Part shown: positions 20,062 through 29,825 of the stretch, piece after piece
Layout: each line of letters starts with the position of its first letter
Numbering within the stretch: the stretch's first letter is position 1
Assembly: GCA_965205025.1 (NCBI GenBank)
Contig: CBDBFU010000012.1
Span: forward strand, 320,001-384,000
Length of the DNA stretch: 64,000 nucleotides
Source of the DNA: Candidatus Poribacteria bacterium
Lineage (GTDB): Bacteria; Poribacteria; WGA-4E; WGA-3G
Direction of reading: 5' to 3'
Translations under genes and position numbers: made by a program
Notes under the pieces: model-generated
Seen by the model: only the letters and a program-made list of their open reading frames with translations
Told to the model about the DNA's origin: nothing
The model's database searches: none

Positions 20062-20864
20062 GATTCATTAATATTCAGGTCTACTTCTATACTAATTACA
20101 ATAAATCTAATTCTTACATATATTCACTCAAGTATACTCGTATATAACCAAGATGAAAGCAGAATTACTTCCATACTTTACCTTTCAGAAAATTCGTGGT
20201 AGAACATTAGTTTGGTGTGCAGTACTTACCGCGATTATAAGTTCTGCAATTTACTCAGAGATCAATCCATTATACTATAAGGATATAACTTATCCATTAC
20301 CTGATGGTATATATCTGATATTATTTTACTGTGTTTTTATACTCATTATCTCCTCAATTCTATTTCGATCACGGTTGTCATATAGGAATTTATTTGGAAG
20401 ACTTCCAGATTGGTCAACAATTGGACACTATTCCATATTCACTATTCCTCTTGTGTTATTTTCACTCAGCATTTTTTATATTCAACATTTAATAAGCCTG
20501 CCTATATTTCCTGATTTTGCCGAATGGTTAATTGATGAGGATTTAGTGACTGTTGTTTATCAGTCTAATATGAAACTAATGATCGCTAATATATTCAGTA
20601 TTTTCTGTCTTACAATAATTACACCGATTTTTGAAGAATTTTTCTTTAGAGGAATATTGTTAACAAGATGGAGTATAAAATGGGGTACGCCAAAGGCTAT
20701 AATCTTCTCTTCAATTTTGTTTGGAATTCTACATAGTAATATACTTGGGGCAATCTTTTTTGGATATGTATTAGCGATATTATACGTTAAAACAAAATCG
20801 CTATATGTGCCTATTTTCATTCACATTTTGAATAATCTAATTGCAGTCAGTATTGATTACTATA

Positions 20865-21999
20865 ACGACTTGTGCCAGTTAGTTCTTTTTATGTAATATT
20901 GAAATTCACAAGTTTAATCTTTTTCTTTTTATTAGATCCATCCTTATGGTATCCTTTAGTAAATCTACAATAAAAAGGAACTATAAGGATGGAACTAAAG
21001 GATACATTAGAAAAGTATGTTATGCAACTCAAAAATAATGAACGAACACTTGAAAATGTTGCCAGTGTCTGCCAGAAAATCATTGCCAAACTTTATGATA
21101 CCTACTTTCCCAGAGCGGAAACGCTTCGACCAGGCCCCGTCAGTCCCTGCCCAGATAGCGACATTATTACAATCGCATGGCTATTCGAACTCATAGGAAA
21201 AGACAGCGAACTCGCAGGATACAAACTTGTGAAAGTACAACTCGGTCATCTGTTTCCACATTTGCCAGAACGCTCTCGTTTCAATCGAAGGCGAAGGAAT
21301 TTGTGCTCTGCAAGCGAAAAACTCCGAAATGTCCTCGTAAAAATGCTACCGGATGATGACATTTACATTGTTGATAGTTTTCCTATACCTCTTTGCGATT
21401 TCAAACGAGTCCCAACTTCTGCTTCACCTTTGAAATGTGCTGATGGTAATGGCACTTTGGCAACTTTCGGGAAGTGTGCTACAAAGGGACTTGATACCTT
21501 CTTTGGGTTCCGGTGTAGTTTGATAACAACAGCTTATGGACTCCCTGTTGATTTTGCCGTCGCTATCGCAGATACAGATGATCGACAAGTGCTTCCATTG
21601 TTTTGTGAACGAGGCACTTATCCTGTTATCATCGGAGACAAAGGGTATATATCTGAAAAACTTGAGGCAGAACTCCTTGAACAGTATAATGTATGTCTAT
21701 TACCGACGCGGCGTACGAATCAGAAAGAACAATACCCGAAGTCATTTCAAAAGCTACATCAAAAGATACGAAGGCGTATTGAGACTACGATAAGTCAACT
21801 TTCAAATCAGTTTAGCATTGGACGCATACGAGCTCGGACCCATTGGGGATTTAGGACACGCTTGAGCAATAAGTTTAGTGGTTTTACACTCGGTGTTTTC
21901 TTGAATAAGTGTTTAGGACGAAAGTTAATGGCACTCAAAGATGTTGTCTACGCATAATAGTATTAGATATTTTACATTTAGTTAACTGGCACAAGTCGT
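20865..21999 (+). mobile_element. IS982-family insertion sequence, copy 2 (intact)
   Basis: 17-bp perfect TIRs; 7-bp direct target duplication TACTATA at 20858-20864 and 22000-22006. Confidence 0.95.
20989..21957 (+). CDS. IS982-family DDE transposase
   Basis: PERSRFNRRRR, IVDSFPIP, IGDKGYIS and RRRIET motifs; 322 aa between the TIRs. Confidence 0.93.
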   Translation: MELKDTLEKYVMQLKNNERTLENVASVCQKIIAKLYDTYFPRAETLRPGPVSPCPDSDIITIAWLFELIGKDSELAGYKLVKVQLGHLFPHLPERSRFNRRRRNLCSASEKLRNVLVKMLPDDDIYIVDSFPIPLCDFKRVPTSASPLKCADGNGTLATFGKCATKGLDTFFGFRCSLITTAYGLPVDFAVAIADTDDRQVLPLFCERGTYPVIIGDKGYISEKLEAELLEQYNVCLLPTRRTNQKEQYPKSFQKLHQKIRRRIETTISQLSNQFSIGRIRARTHWGFRTRLSNKFSGFTLGVFLNKCLGRKLMALKDVVYA

Positions 22000-22308
22000 T
22001 ACTATAGTGTAATCATTCATCATACACACTCAGAAATATATAGAGTAGGTACACAAACTCCAATTTGGATCTGGGTAGATACACAAACTTCAATTTGGAT
22101 CTGGATAATTGGATTGATTATTGTGGTTGCAGCCCTGCTTAACTTTCTGCGAAAAAATTTCCCAAATAAGGATTGGATTATCCCTTATCTATTCCATCAT
22201 AATAATGAAAATAATCTCAGTTGAAGTGTATATATATATTCGATGTGTTTGACAATTAGCTCTCTATATGATAATTTATCCTAACAACTCTAAATATAGG
22301 TATGATAA

Positions 22309-23763
22309 ATGTATACCCCACAATTTCATGGACCAAATGAAGACGTACTTGAAGCACAAGCCAGAGTATGCACTGGACCTCACCAAACACGTCCTTTAGG
22401 TAAGAAAGAATCAGATGGTCCACATCCTGATAAAATACTTGAGATAATATTAGATTCTTTGGAAGGAAAATTAGATCCAAAACATGCTGTATCAGAAGCA
22501 CAATTGGGAGCATTTTTTGCTGCTATGACCATACGCAAATACTTTCCTGAGTCAACACAATGGTCTAAAGCAGAGAAAGATGCATTCAAAAAATACAATT
22601 CTATACTAAACACACGTCTCCCCAGTGAAGTAAAATATCTTATTAATCCCACGTTAGAATATGTATCGCAGAATCCAACTGAACAGATTGTTGTACCTGC
22701 CTTACAAAAGATTCTCCATGGACAGCACTTAGGATACTCTGAAACACGTCAAATGTGTGAAGCAGTACTGTCCAATGAAGTCAAACCTGCGTTAAAAGCT
22801 GCAGCATTGATAGGACAAAGGATGAATCGAGAAACGTATGAGGAAGTAAAAGGATATCTTGACTCCTATTTTGCACCAAAAAAAGTCCAACCGATTGAGG
22901 TTGAAAATCTTACTCACTTTGGTCAACCTTATGATGGAGCAACACGGTATTTCAGACCCACACTCTTTATTGCTACCGTACGTGCCGCACTGGGTCAACC
23001 ATCTATCATACACAGCGTTGATGTCATGCCACCCAAGAATGGGATTACAGAGGAAGCAATTCTCAACTCTCTTGGGGCAAAAACCGATCTAACTCTTGAA
23101 CAGGTTTCTAAGTTAATAACAAATGAAAATGTTAGATTTGGCTATTTAAGTCAACGTGAGTATTCACCTGGAGCATATAATATCAGAGAATTGCGGGTAC
23201 ACATTAAAAAACGGCCCCCATGGGCAGCAACTGAAAAAGCACAGCAATTCTTTACTGCTCGAAAAAATAATTACATGGTACTTGGATACTATCATATCGG
23301 GTATGAAAAACCATTACTCCAAATGGCATTAGAACGCGGTTGCCAAGGTGCTGTTGCAATTAAAGGCGAAGAAGGTACAAGTAATTATGCACTTAGACTC
23401 GGAAAACCTTCTACCCCCGAAAGAATGGCAGTGAATTATTCGCAAGGATTTTTATGTGTTAATGGAAAACGAGAGGATTTTGCTTTAGATATTGATCCAA
23501 AAATGTATGGGTTTGACTATCAGATTAATCCTCGTCCAGATGTTATATCTGCTGACGCTTATGCAGAGGATGGTGTGGCTGCATTATCCGGAAAAAAGGG
23601 ACATATCTACGACAGAATTGTTCTGAATACTGCTATAGTTGACTATCTATTAGGTATTTATTCAGATCCGTATGATGCTATTGAACGAACAAAAGCAGTA
23701 ATAGAAGATGGTACTGCTTTGCAGCATTTAAATGCATACATTTCAGTTAGTAATGACCTGTAA
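22309..23763 (+). CDS. Anthranilate phosphoribosyltransferase-like (glycosyltransferase family 3/YbiB-like) protein
   Basis: AQLGAFFAAMTIR, HFGQPYDG, MPPKNGIT, IKKRPPWAATEK, KGEEG; lacks the canonical TrpD GTGGD motif. Confidence 0.75.
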   Translation: MYTPQFHGPNEDVLEAQARVCTGPHQTRPLGKKESDGPHPDKILEIILDSLEGKLDPKHAVSEAQLGAFFAAMTIRKYFPESTQWSKAEKDAFKKYNSILNTRLPSEVKYLINPTLEYVSQNPTEQIVVPALQKILHGQHLGYSETRQMCEAVLSNEVKPALKAAALIGQRMNRETYEEVKGYLDSYFAPKKVQPIEVENLTHFGQPYDGATRYFRPTLFIATVRAALGQPSIIHSVDVMPPKNGITEEAILNSLGAKTDLTLEQVSKLITNENVRFGYLSQREYSPGAYNIRELRVHIKKRPPWAATEKAQQFFTARKNNYMVLGYYHIGYEKPLLQMALERGCQGAVAIKGEEGTSNYALRLGKPSTPERMAVNYSQGFLCVNGKREDFALDIDPKMYGFDYQINPRPDVISADAYAEDGVAALSGKKGHIYDRIVLNTAIVDYLLGIYSDPYDAIERTKAVIEDGTALQHLNAYISVSNDL

Positions 23764-23864
23764 GAAAGATGAGGTAGTTACAGAATTTACTAATATTCTA
23801 AACATTTCTACAGATATGATACTGGTAAGGTTTCTAAACTTTTAGAATTAAAGAGGTAACTCGT

Positions 23865-24686
23865 ATGATAGGAATTTCATATCATGCAGGTGGAATGAAA
23901 GATCGTACCCTTCTGGAAGTGTTATCAATTCTTTCAGATGTTGGATATGATGCAGTTGAGATGATGTGTGGACCAGAAGCACACATTCCATCCCAGGAAG
24001 TGTCAGACTCCTTGCTTAGTGAGGTTAAGACAATGATATCTGATCACGGATTAAAAACATCTGTCATTAACCCGTTTACTGGTAAGGGTCTATATCAATT
24101 AGCATTAGAAGATAAGCAAAAAGCAATTGACCATTATGCATTATTGCAGGATGTCGCTCTTGCCCTTGATGCACATGGCGTCAATTTCTTAACAGGATAT
24201 GGAGGAGAAAATGGTGATCCTTTTGCTTGGAAACTCCTCGTAGATGTACTTAAACCAATATGTCGACGGGCAGAAGAAGTTGGTATTACCATGAATATTC
24301 ATAATCATGAGGCAACAACTATTGACTCATCTTCTAAGGTAAAACTATTAATTGATCATGTAGGATCTGAGGCATTAAAATCTCTAAACGATATAACCAA
24401 TTTCTATCACCTTGGAGAAGTTATTGGGAGTGTAACTGAAGAATTAGGACCAATTACTGCACACTGTCATGTAAAGGGAGTGAAAGGAATGTATCCATAT
24501 AGTACATTCCTGATTCCTGGTGAGGAAGGTGATGAATTAGATTTTAGTACATTCGCTGAAAGTTTGGGAAAAGTCGGATATGATAAATATATATCCGTAG
24601 AGACTTTTCCACAAATGCGTATGGAAAAGGCAAAAATAGCCTATGATATGATGGCAAAAACTTTAGGTGAATTCGGTCTTAGATAA
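23865..24686 (+). CDS. Sugar phosphate isomerase/epimerase (xylose isomerase-like TIM barrel)
   Basis: GYDAVE, IHNHE, NDITNF, HCHVKG, GYDKYISVE. Confidence 0.85.
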   Translation: MIGISYHAGGMKDRTLLEVLSILSDVGYDAVEMMCGPEAHIPSQEVSDSLLSEVKTMISDHGLKTSVINPFTGKGLYQLALEDKQKAIDHYALLQDVALALDAHGVNFLTGYGGENGDPFAWKLLVDVLKPICRRAEEVGITMNIHNHEATTIDSSSKVKLLIDHVGSEALKSLNDITNFYHLGEVIGSVTEELGPITAHCHVKGVKGMYPYSTFLIPGEEGDELDFSTFAESLGKVGYDKYISVETFPQMRMEKAKIAYDMMAKTLGEFGLR

Positions 24687-24750
24687 TTAGTGGATATCTT
24701 GAATAAGTTTAGATTAGCGGTATAATACAGTTTATTTGGCTATTTATGCA

Positions 24751-24776
24751 AAATGCGCGATTTAAATCGCGCATTT
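24751..24776. terminator. Probable bidirectional terminator
   Basis: Perfect palindrome AAATGCGCGATTTAAATCGCGCATTT between convergent genes. Confidence 0.7.
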
Positions 24777-24807
24777 CTTTATTTCTACCGAACGTTCCTT
24801 AACATTA

Positions 24808-25608
24808 TCAAGTTTCTAATGCTTTAATTCCAGGCCAATCTCTCCACATATCTTCATTTGGGGGTTCTTCCTGTGTTTCAGATAACTCAGTCTTTCGAAA
24901 ATCGTATAGTACTGCTTGTCTAATTTGTCTTGAATAATTATGACCTGCTGCGTGTCCAATACGATGATGCCAGAAAACTATATCACCAGCATTACCATAA
25001 CAATCCACCCCAGGTTCTCTACTAAAACGTTCCCTGTCAACGTCATACTGTGGAGTCGGTTCATTCTTATACTGTGATTTATAATCATAATAAAAGGATT
25101 TATGACTACCAGACCAAACCATGAAACCTCCACCCTCAGGTGGTACATCATCAATGTATCCCACAACACCAAGATGAAAAGGATGCGCATCTACATGACA
25201 TCCAATAGATTTCTTCGGAACATCTCCATAAGGTAACGTACAGTATATACCTCTTATACGGTCAGGTTGTACTAAATTACCCTTACCTAAGAACTGTTCT
25301 GCCATTCCCCAGACATTTGGATCCGTAGCAAGCAATTTCACCATCCAGTCTTCACCACCCGGTTCACGATAATTCCATCGAAATCCTCCACGTCTATTTG
25401 AGTTATCCTCATTTACCTCTTCAGGTTTAAAAGGACCAATCCAAGTATCTGGATCATCCCGTAATCTACCTTCAGGGGCTCCTTCCCACAACTTAGCACG
25501 GGCTCGTTCCATCAAATCAGGATTAAGGACATTTCGCTTTATTAGGTAACCATTATCCTTGAAGAATAATATATCTTCTTTTGTCAGTTCAACCATAATA
25601 ACCTCCAT
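24808..25608 (-). CDS. PhyH-family dioxygenase (distinct subfamily)
   Basis: FFKDNGYLIKRNVL, HVD, GGFMVWSGSH, GDIVFWHHRIGH..G.N.S.QIR; true start probably MVELTKE at 25596. Confidence 0.85.
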   Translation of the reverse strand: MEVIMVELTKEDILFFKDNGYLIKRNVLNPDLMERARAKLWEGAPEGRLRDDPDTWIGPFKPEEVNEDNSNRRGGFRWNYREPGGEDWMVKLLATDPNVWGMAEQFLGKGNLVQPDRIRGIYCTLPYGDVPKKSIGCHVDAHPFHLGVVGYIDDVPPEGGGFMVWSGSHKSFYYDYKSQYKNEPTPQYDVDRERFSREPGVDCYGNAGDIVFWHHRIGHAAGHNYSRQIRQAVLYDFRKTELSETQEEPPNEDMWRDWPGIKALET

Positions 25609-25714
25609 TGTTGCAGAATTTTAATGTGTTTCAGTGTTAAATGCAACATAAATCAGATATTTTAATATCCTTACTTAATAATGTATGAAATTAGATGAAG
25701 GATAGTGTCCACTT

Positions 25715-25743
25715 TTGCATAAACACTATAGATATGGTATAAT
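25715..25743 (+). promoter_or_regulatory. Sigma70-like promoter, possibly leaderless
   Basis: TTGCAT-17 bp-TATAAT with an extended TG; ATG follows 6 nt after the -10 box. Confidence 0.55.
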
Positions 25744-25749
25744 ATCCTT

Positions 25750-26118
25750 ATGAAAGATTACATACTACTAACATTTAATGTGTTCTTAACCGTTATTGGA
25801 CAAATCTTATTAAAACAAGGAGTGACAAAGGTAGGAGAAATAAACAATCTTAAAGTTTTTCTATCGAAATTTACACAAATAATTTGGAATCCTTATGTAA
25901 TTGGTGGTATATCAATATATGGTTTCACAACATTTGTATGGTTAGTCATTCTTTCACGGGTTAAGCTTAGTATTGCCTATCCTATGTTGAGTTTAGGATA
26001 TGTAATTGCAATACCTTTCTCTCGTATATTTTTTAAGGAATCTATTCCAGTTCTTCGGATAATTGGAGCTATAATAATCTGTATAGGCGTATATCTTGTA
26101 GCACAAGGTGAGGGGTAA
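25750..26118 (+). CDS. Small DMT/EamA transporter (ArnE/ArnF-like)
   Basis: GQILLKQG, WLVILSRVKLSIAYPMLSLGY and FFKE motifs; four TM segments. Confidence 0.85.
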   Translation: MKDYILLTFNVFLTVIGQILLKQGVTKVGEINNLKVFLSKFTQIIWNPYVIGGISIYGFTTFVWLVILSRVKLSIAYPMLSLGYVIAIPFSRIFFKESIPVLRIIGAIIICIGVYLVAQGEG

Positions 26119-26121
26119 AAA

Positions 26122-26577
26122 ATGACAGATTCAGGTAAGGGTATTGTAACTGATACAAATGATGTTGTTAATGACAATATCAGAATACCATATATTCGAT
26201 CTTTTCCTGCTATGATACTATCTGCCTTTTTTCCTGGACTTGGGCAAATGTACTTAGGACAGTATTTTAAAGCGGCTATTATTCTAATTGGATTTCTTTC
26301 TGCTCTTGGGTTATTTTACCTGAATTCATATCCAGTCAATGAATGGAAGGATCTACTTCAGTTTAACACTTTATCTAACAGTAATAAGATTATACACACA
26401 AACACAAAGGAGAAACCAAATCTGAATGGTTCAATTAAACTATGGACATTAGATAACGGAAAGATTATTATGTATCGTCCTTCTTGGAAACTTAAAGTCA
26501 CCTCAACTATACAAGGACTGATATGCTGGATTTATGCTGTATCTTCAGGTTGGAAAGGCAAACCAAAAATCATATAA
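26122..26577 (+). CDS. Hypothetical membrane protein
   Basis: AMILSAFFPGLGQMYLGQ motif typical of TM2/DUF5683-like proteins. Confidence 0.7.
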   Translation: MTDSGKGIVTDTNDVVNDNIRIPYIRSFPAMILSAFFPGLGQMYLGQYFKAAIILIGFLSALGLFYLNSYPVNEWKDLLQFNTLSNSNKIIHTNTKEKPNLNGSIKLWTLDNGKIIMYRPSWKLKVTSTIQGLICWIYAVSSGWKGKPKII

Positions 26578-26677
26578 TTCATCTTTATTCTCACTCCTGT
26601 TTCACTCCTTTGTTTCTCAAATATCCACAAAATTTACACATCATAAATTCAACCATAGAATTATTAAATGGATTGAT

Positions 26678-28036
26678 ATGTTTAAGAATAGTAATACTCC
26701 AATTATTAAATCAACAAATACTATAATATGCCTCATCACCTTGATTTTTATTGCTTTAGGATGTAAATCTAATACGCTGAAACATTCTGAGAAACTTATT
26801 TCAACGGGAAAAACTTATGAAGCAATTGAATTACTCATTCCCTATCTTGAAATATCTAATAATGACCCGATTGCTCATATATTACTTGGAAAAGCATACA
26901 AACAGTTAGGTCGATATAATGAGGCTGTTCTGCAATTTCAAAAGGCATCACTTCATTCGTCAGGAAAACCTACACTTCGTATTGATGCCAGATTAGAATT
27001 AGCACGAACCTATCTAATCTATGGAGATAGAGATTCTGCATTTGATGTCATTAAATTGATATTTGTTAGCACTACAGATGAAAAGATAATACAACAAATT
27101 ATTGAACTTGTTGGAGATAGTTATCATACGAGACAGTTAACACATCATAATTCAGATAATTATTCACCCTCTTTCTCTCCTGATGGTAATCAAATTGCTT
27201 TTGCTTCCTTTAGAGGTGACAATAGTGAAATCTATTTGATGGATTTAAATGGTAGAATTTTACGTCGGGTGACCTACTCTTCAGATTTCAACGATAGTTC
27301 TCCTACTTTTTTTACTTCTTCAGACTATCTATTTTATAGTAGTGAACCTAAATCCTCCCGAGAAGTAAAAATATTGATCCAAAGTAGTGGCTCAACCCCT
27401 ATATATACAGGATTCAATATCACACATATATATAGTAAAAACACACTATCCATCATACCTATCAGCTTTGGAGCACGTGTTCCGCATACCTCCTATACAT
27501 CCAATAGAGTAGTCTACGAATCAAATACCGATGGAAATTTAGAATTATATTTACTCGATTTTGACGGTTTGGATCTGACACAGTTTAAACCTGAAAGCCT
27601 TAATCCAGTGAGAATTACTTATTCTGAATCTGATGAAGGAAGTCCAGCCTTCTTTCCAAATAGTGATAAAATCGTCTTTGTATCATCTCGAAATGAATCT
27701 GTAAATCAACTATATACGATATCTATTAATGGTAAGAACGAAAAGCATTTCAATCCCAACCCTTATGATTGTTATAACCCCTCTGTCTCACCTGATGGAA
27801 AATCTATAGCCTTTGTATCAGCAAGAGATGCAGATTGGGAAATTTATATCATTGATTCAAACGGTAAAAATGAACGTAAAATAACTAATGGAATAGGCAG
27901 ATCAATTCAACCTACTTTTTCTCCAGATGGGAAATATATAGCATTTGTGTCTGATAGGACAGATACTTTCCAAATTTATCTAATGGATCTAAATCAACCA
28001 GTTACACGCAAGGACATAGTAGCACTTCTTCGATAA
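26678..28036 (+). CDS. TPR + TolB-like PD40 beta-propeller lipoprotein
   Basis: Lipobox-like ALGC, TPR (AHILLGKAYKQLGRYNEA), repeated P.FSPDG..IAF.S.R; start moved from 26534 to the in-frame ATG at 26678. Confidence 0.85.
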   Translation: MFKNSNTPIIKSTNTIICLITLIFIALGCKSNTLKHSEKLISTGKTYEAIELLIPYLEISNNDPIAHILLGKAYKQLGRYNEAVLQFQKASLHSSGKPTLRIDARLELARTYLIYGDRDSAFDVIKLIFVSTTDEKIIQQIIELVGDSYHTRQLTHHNSDNYSPSFSPDGNQIAFASFRGDNSEIYLMDLNGRILRRVTYSSDFNDSSPTFFTSSDYLFYSSEPKSSREVKILIQSSGSTPIYTGFNITHIYSKNTLSIIPISFGARVPHTSYTSNRVVYESNTDGNLELYLLDFDGLDLTQFKPESLNPVRITYSESDEGSPAFFPNSDKIVFVSSRNESVNQLYTISINGKNEKHFNPNPYDCYNPSVSPDGKSIAFVSARDADWEIYIIDSNGKNERKITNGIGRSIQPTFSPDGKYIAFVSDRTDTFQIYLMDLNQPVTRKDIVALLR

Positions 28037-28081
28037 AAAGTATGAAATAGATCAGATTATTAACTATAGAGGTAATCAACT

Positions 28082-29041
28082 ATGATACAGGTAACAAAAC
28101 CAGAAGGATTTGGCAACATACAACTTGAAATTGCTCCTGACCCAGAGATTAATCAAGAACAAGTCCGTGTAAAGACAGATACAACTTTAATCAGTCGTGG
28201 ATCAGAACTATTTAGACGATATATACTTGAGGAAGCAGTTTCTCCATCTATAATGGGTTATTCTCTCACTGGTACAGTAGATAAGGTAGGTAGCGAGGTG
28301 AGTGATTATTCTATTAATGATAGAGTAATGGTTGTTGCACCCCATGCACAATATGCTGTAGGTGAACCTAATTCATCAGATGGAAGAATTGTAAAATTGC
28401 CAGATGATGTTTCTTTTGAGGAAGGAACTTTCCTACCACTTGCAACCAGTTCTGTCGCATGGGCTGATTCTTCAGGAATAGAAGCTGGAAACACTGTTGT
28501 CATTTTGGGTCAAGGATTAGTTGGAAGTCTAATGATGCAGGTTATAAGGGATTATTCACCAGAAAAAATAATCACTGTAGATGCATTATCATATCGATGT
28601 GAACTATCAGAAAAACTTGGGGCAGATGTATCAATAAACGCTGAGGATGAAAATCCTGTTGAAGCAATACGAAAACTTACAAATGGTCAAGGGGCAGACT
28701 TGGTAATCGATTGTGTGGGTGGACATGCGGGTGTGAAATCATTTGAACAAGCACAGGATATGGTTAGGCAATATGGTATTATTCAACTCATTGCATTGTA
28801 TCAGCAAAAACCACTTCCTTTACACTCTTCAAAGATCATGAGCAAGAGACTTGTAGCAGGGATATTAACAAAAGAACCGCGATCCCAAATTGTCCAACGA
28901 GCAATTAAGAAGATACAGAATGGGATTATTCGAGCATCTGAGATGATATCTCACCGTTTTGATTATACAGATGCAAAAGCAGCATTTGATCTCTTATGGA
29001 ATACACCTGGTGAAACACTTGGAGTCTTGATTAAGTGGTAG
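28082..29041 (+). CDS. MDR-family (zinc-binding) dehydrogenase
   Basis: LISRGSE, MGYS..G.V..VG, VILGQGLVG, GADLVIDCVG. Confidence 0.88.
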   Translation: MIQVTKPEGFGNIQLEIAPDPEINQEQVRVKTDTTLISRGSELFRRYILEEAVSPSIMGYSLTGTVDKVGSEVSDYSINDRVMVVAPHAQYAVGEPNSSDGRIVKLPDDVSFEEGTFLPLATSSVAWADSSGIEAGNTVVILGQGLVGSLMMQVIRDYSPEKIITVDALSYRCELSEKLGADVSINAEDENPVEAIRKLTNGQGADLVIDCVGGHAGVKSFEQAQDMVRQYGIIQLIALYQQKPLPLHSSKIMSKRLVAGILTKEPRSQIVQRAIKKIQNGIIRASEMISHRFDYTDAKAAFDLLWNTPGETLGVLIKW

Positions 29042-29047
29042 TAAGTA

Positions 29048-29162
29048 ATACCATTTCTAATTGAAAATGTCTCTTTTTTGTACCACAAACTTTCAGTTTG
29101 TGACCTGAAAAATGACAACCATAATAACCGCCTAATGAGACAATAATTTATAGAAATGGTAT
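29048..29162. mobile_element. 115-bp MITE-like element with an internal REP-like hairpin
   Basis: 12-bp TIRs ATACCATTTCTA / TAGAAATGGTAT; internal CACAAACT-TTC-AGTTTGTG hairpin; partial second copy at 16586-16683. Confidence 0.65.
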
Positions 29163-29180
29163 AAGATTAAGAACGGAAAT

Positions 29181-29747
29181 ATGATTGTTCCTCAAGAAAT
29201 CTCATTTAAATCAAAAATAAAAGGTTTTGATCTTACCTTTAACACAACCTGGGGACTATTCTCACCAAAGAGTATCGACTCTGGTACAAGGTTGTTGATT
29301 GATTGCATTGATATTCACTCAGATGACATCTGTTTGGATCTTGGATGTGGATATGGTGCTGTTGGTATAGCAATGGCTAAATGTGCAACACAATCAGAGG
29401 TATACATGGTAGACAAGGATTTCGTTGCCGTGGACTATGCTCGGAAGAATATTGAAAATAATAAAATAGATAACTGTCATGCTTTATTAAGTAACGGTTT
29501 TAGCAATTTACCTGAAATCCAATTTGATATTATTGCCTCAAATTTACCTGCAAACGTAGGAAATGAACTTATAAAAATTTTCTTAAACGATGCTAAGAGT
29601 TTTTTAAAGGAGAATGGCAGAATTTACGTTGTTACAATTGCTGGTTTGAAAGAATTTATCAAAAGGAATTTTATTACTACATTTGGTAATTATAAAAAAA
29701 TTAAACAAAGAAAAACACATACTGTTTCTATGGCTATTTTATCTTAA
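29181..29747 (+). CDS. Class I SAM-dependent methyltransferase (RsmC/MTS-like)
   Basis: GLFSPKSIDSGTRLL, LDLGCGYG, FDIIASNLP. Confidence 0.88.
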   Translation: MIVPQEISFKSKIKGFDLTFNTTWGLFSPKSIDSGTRLLIDCIDIHSDDICLDLGCGYGAVGIAMAKCATQSEVYMVDKDFVAVDYARKNIENNKIDNCHALLSNGFSNLPEIQFDIIASNLPANVGNELIKIFLNDAKSFLKENGRIYVVTIAGLKEFIKRNFITTFGNYKKIKQRKTHTVSMAILS

Positions 29748-29825
29748 ATCTTATCAAATATTCTATTTTTGAATAAATTGATTACTTGAGATAACAGAAT
29801 ATATCCAAAAGCTAAACACTTTAAG

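Larger units (their letters stand above)
20153..22224 (+). pseudogene. CPBP/Abi (CAAX) intramembrane protease interrupted by IS982
   Basis: EEFFFRG, FGILH and HILNN motifs. Removing the IS plus one TSD restores IDYY-SVIIHHTHSEIY...NNLS* ending at TGA 22222-22224. Confidence 0.85.

Noticed and set aside
15450-21999. Composite transposon formed by the two direct IS982 copies
   Set aside because: Copy 2 has its own TSD and interrupts a gene that continues outside it; the outer flanks share no duplication.
18393-22224. Integron cassette array or DGR target region
   Set aside because: No attC-like repeats between genes, no integrase or reverse transcriptase, and the repeats show no adenine-specific mismatch pattern.
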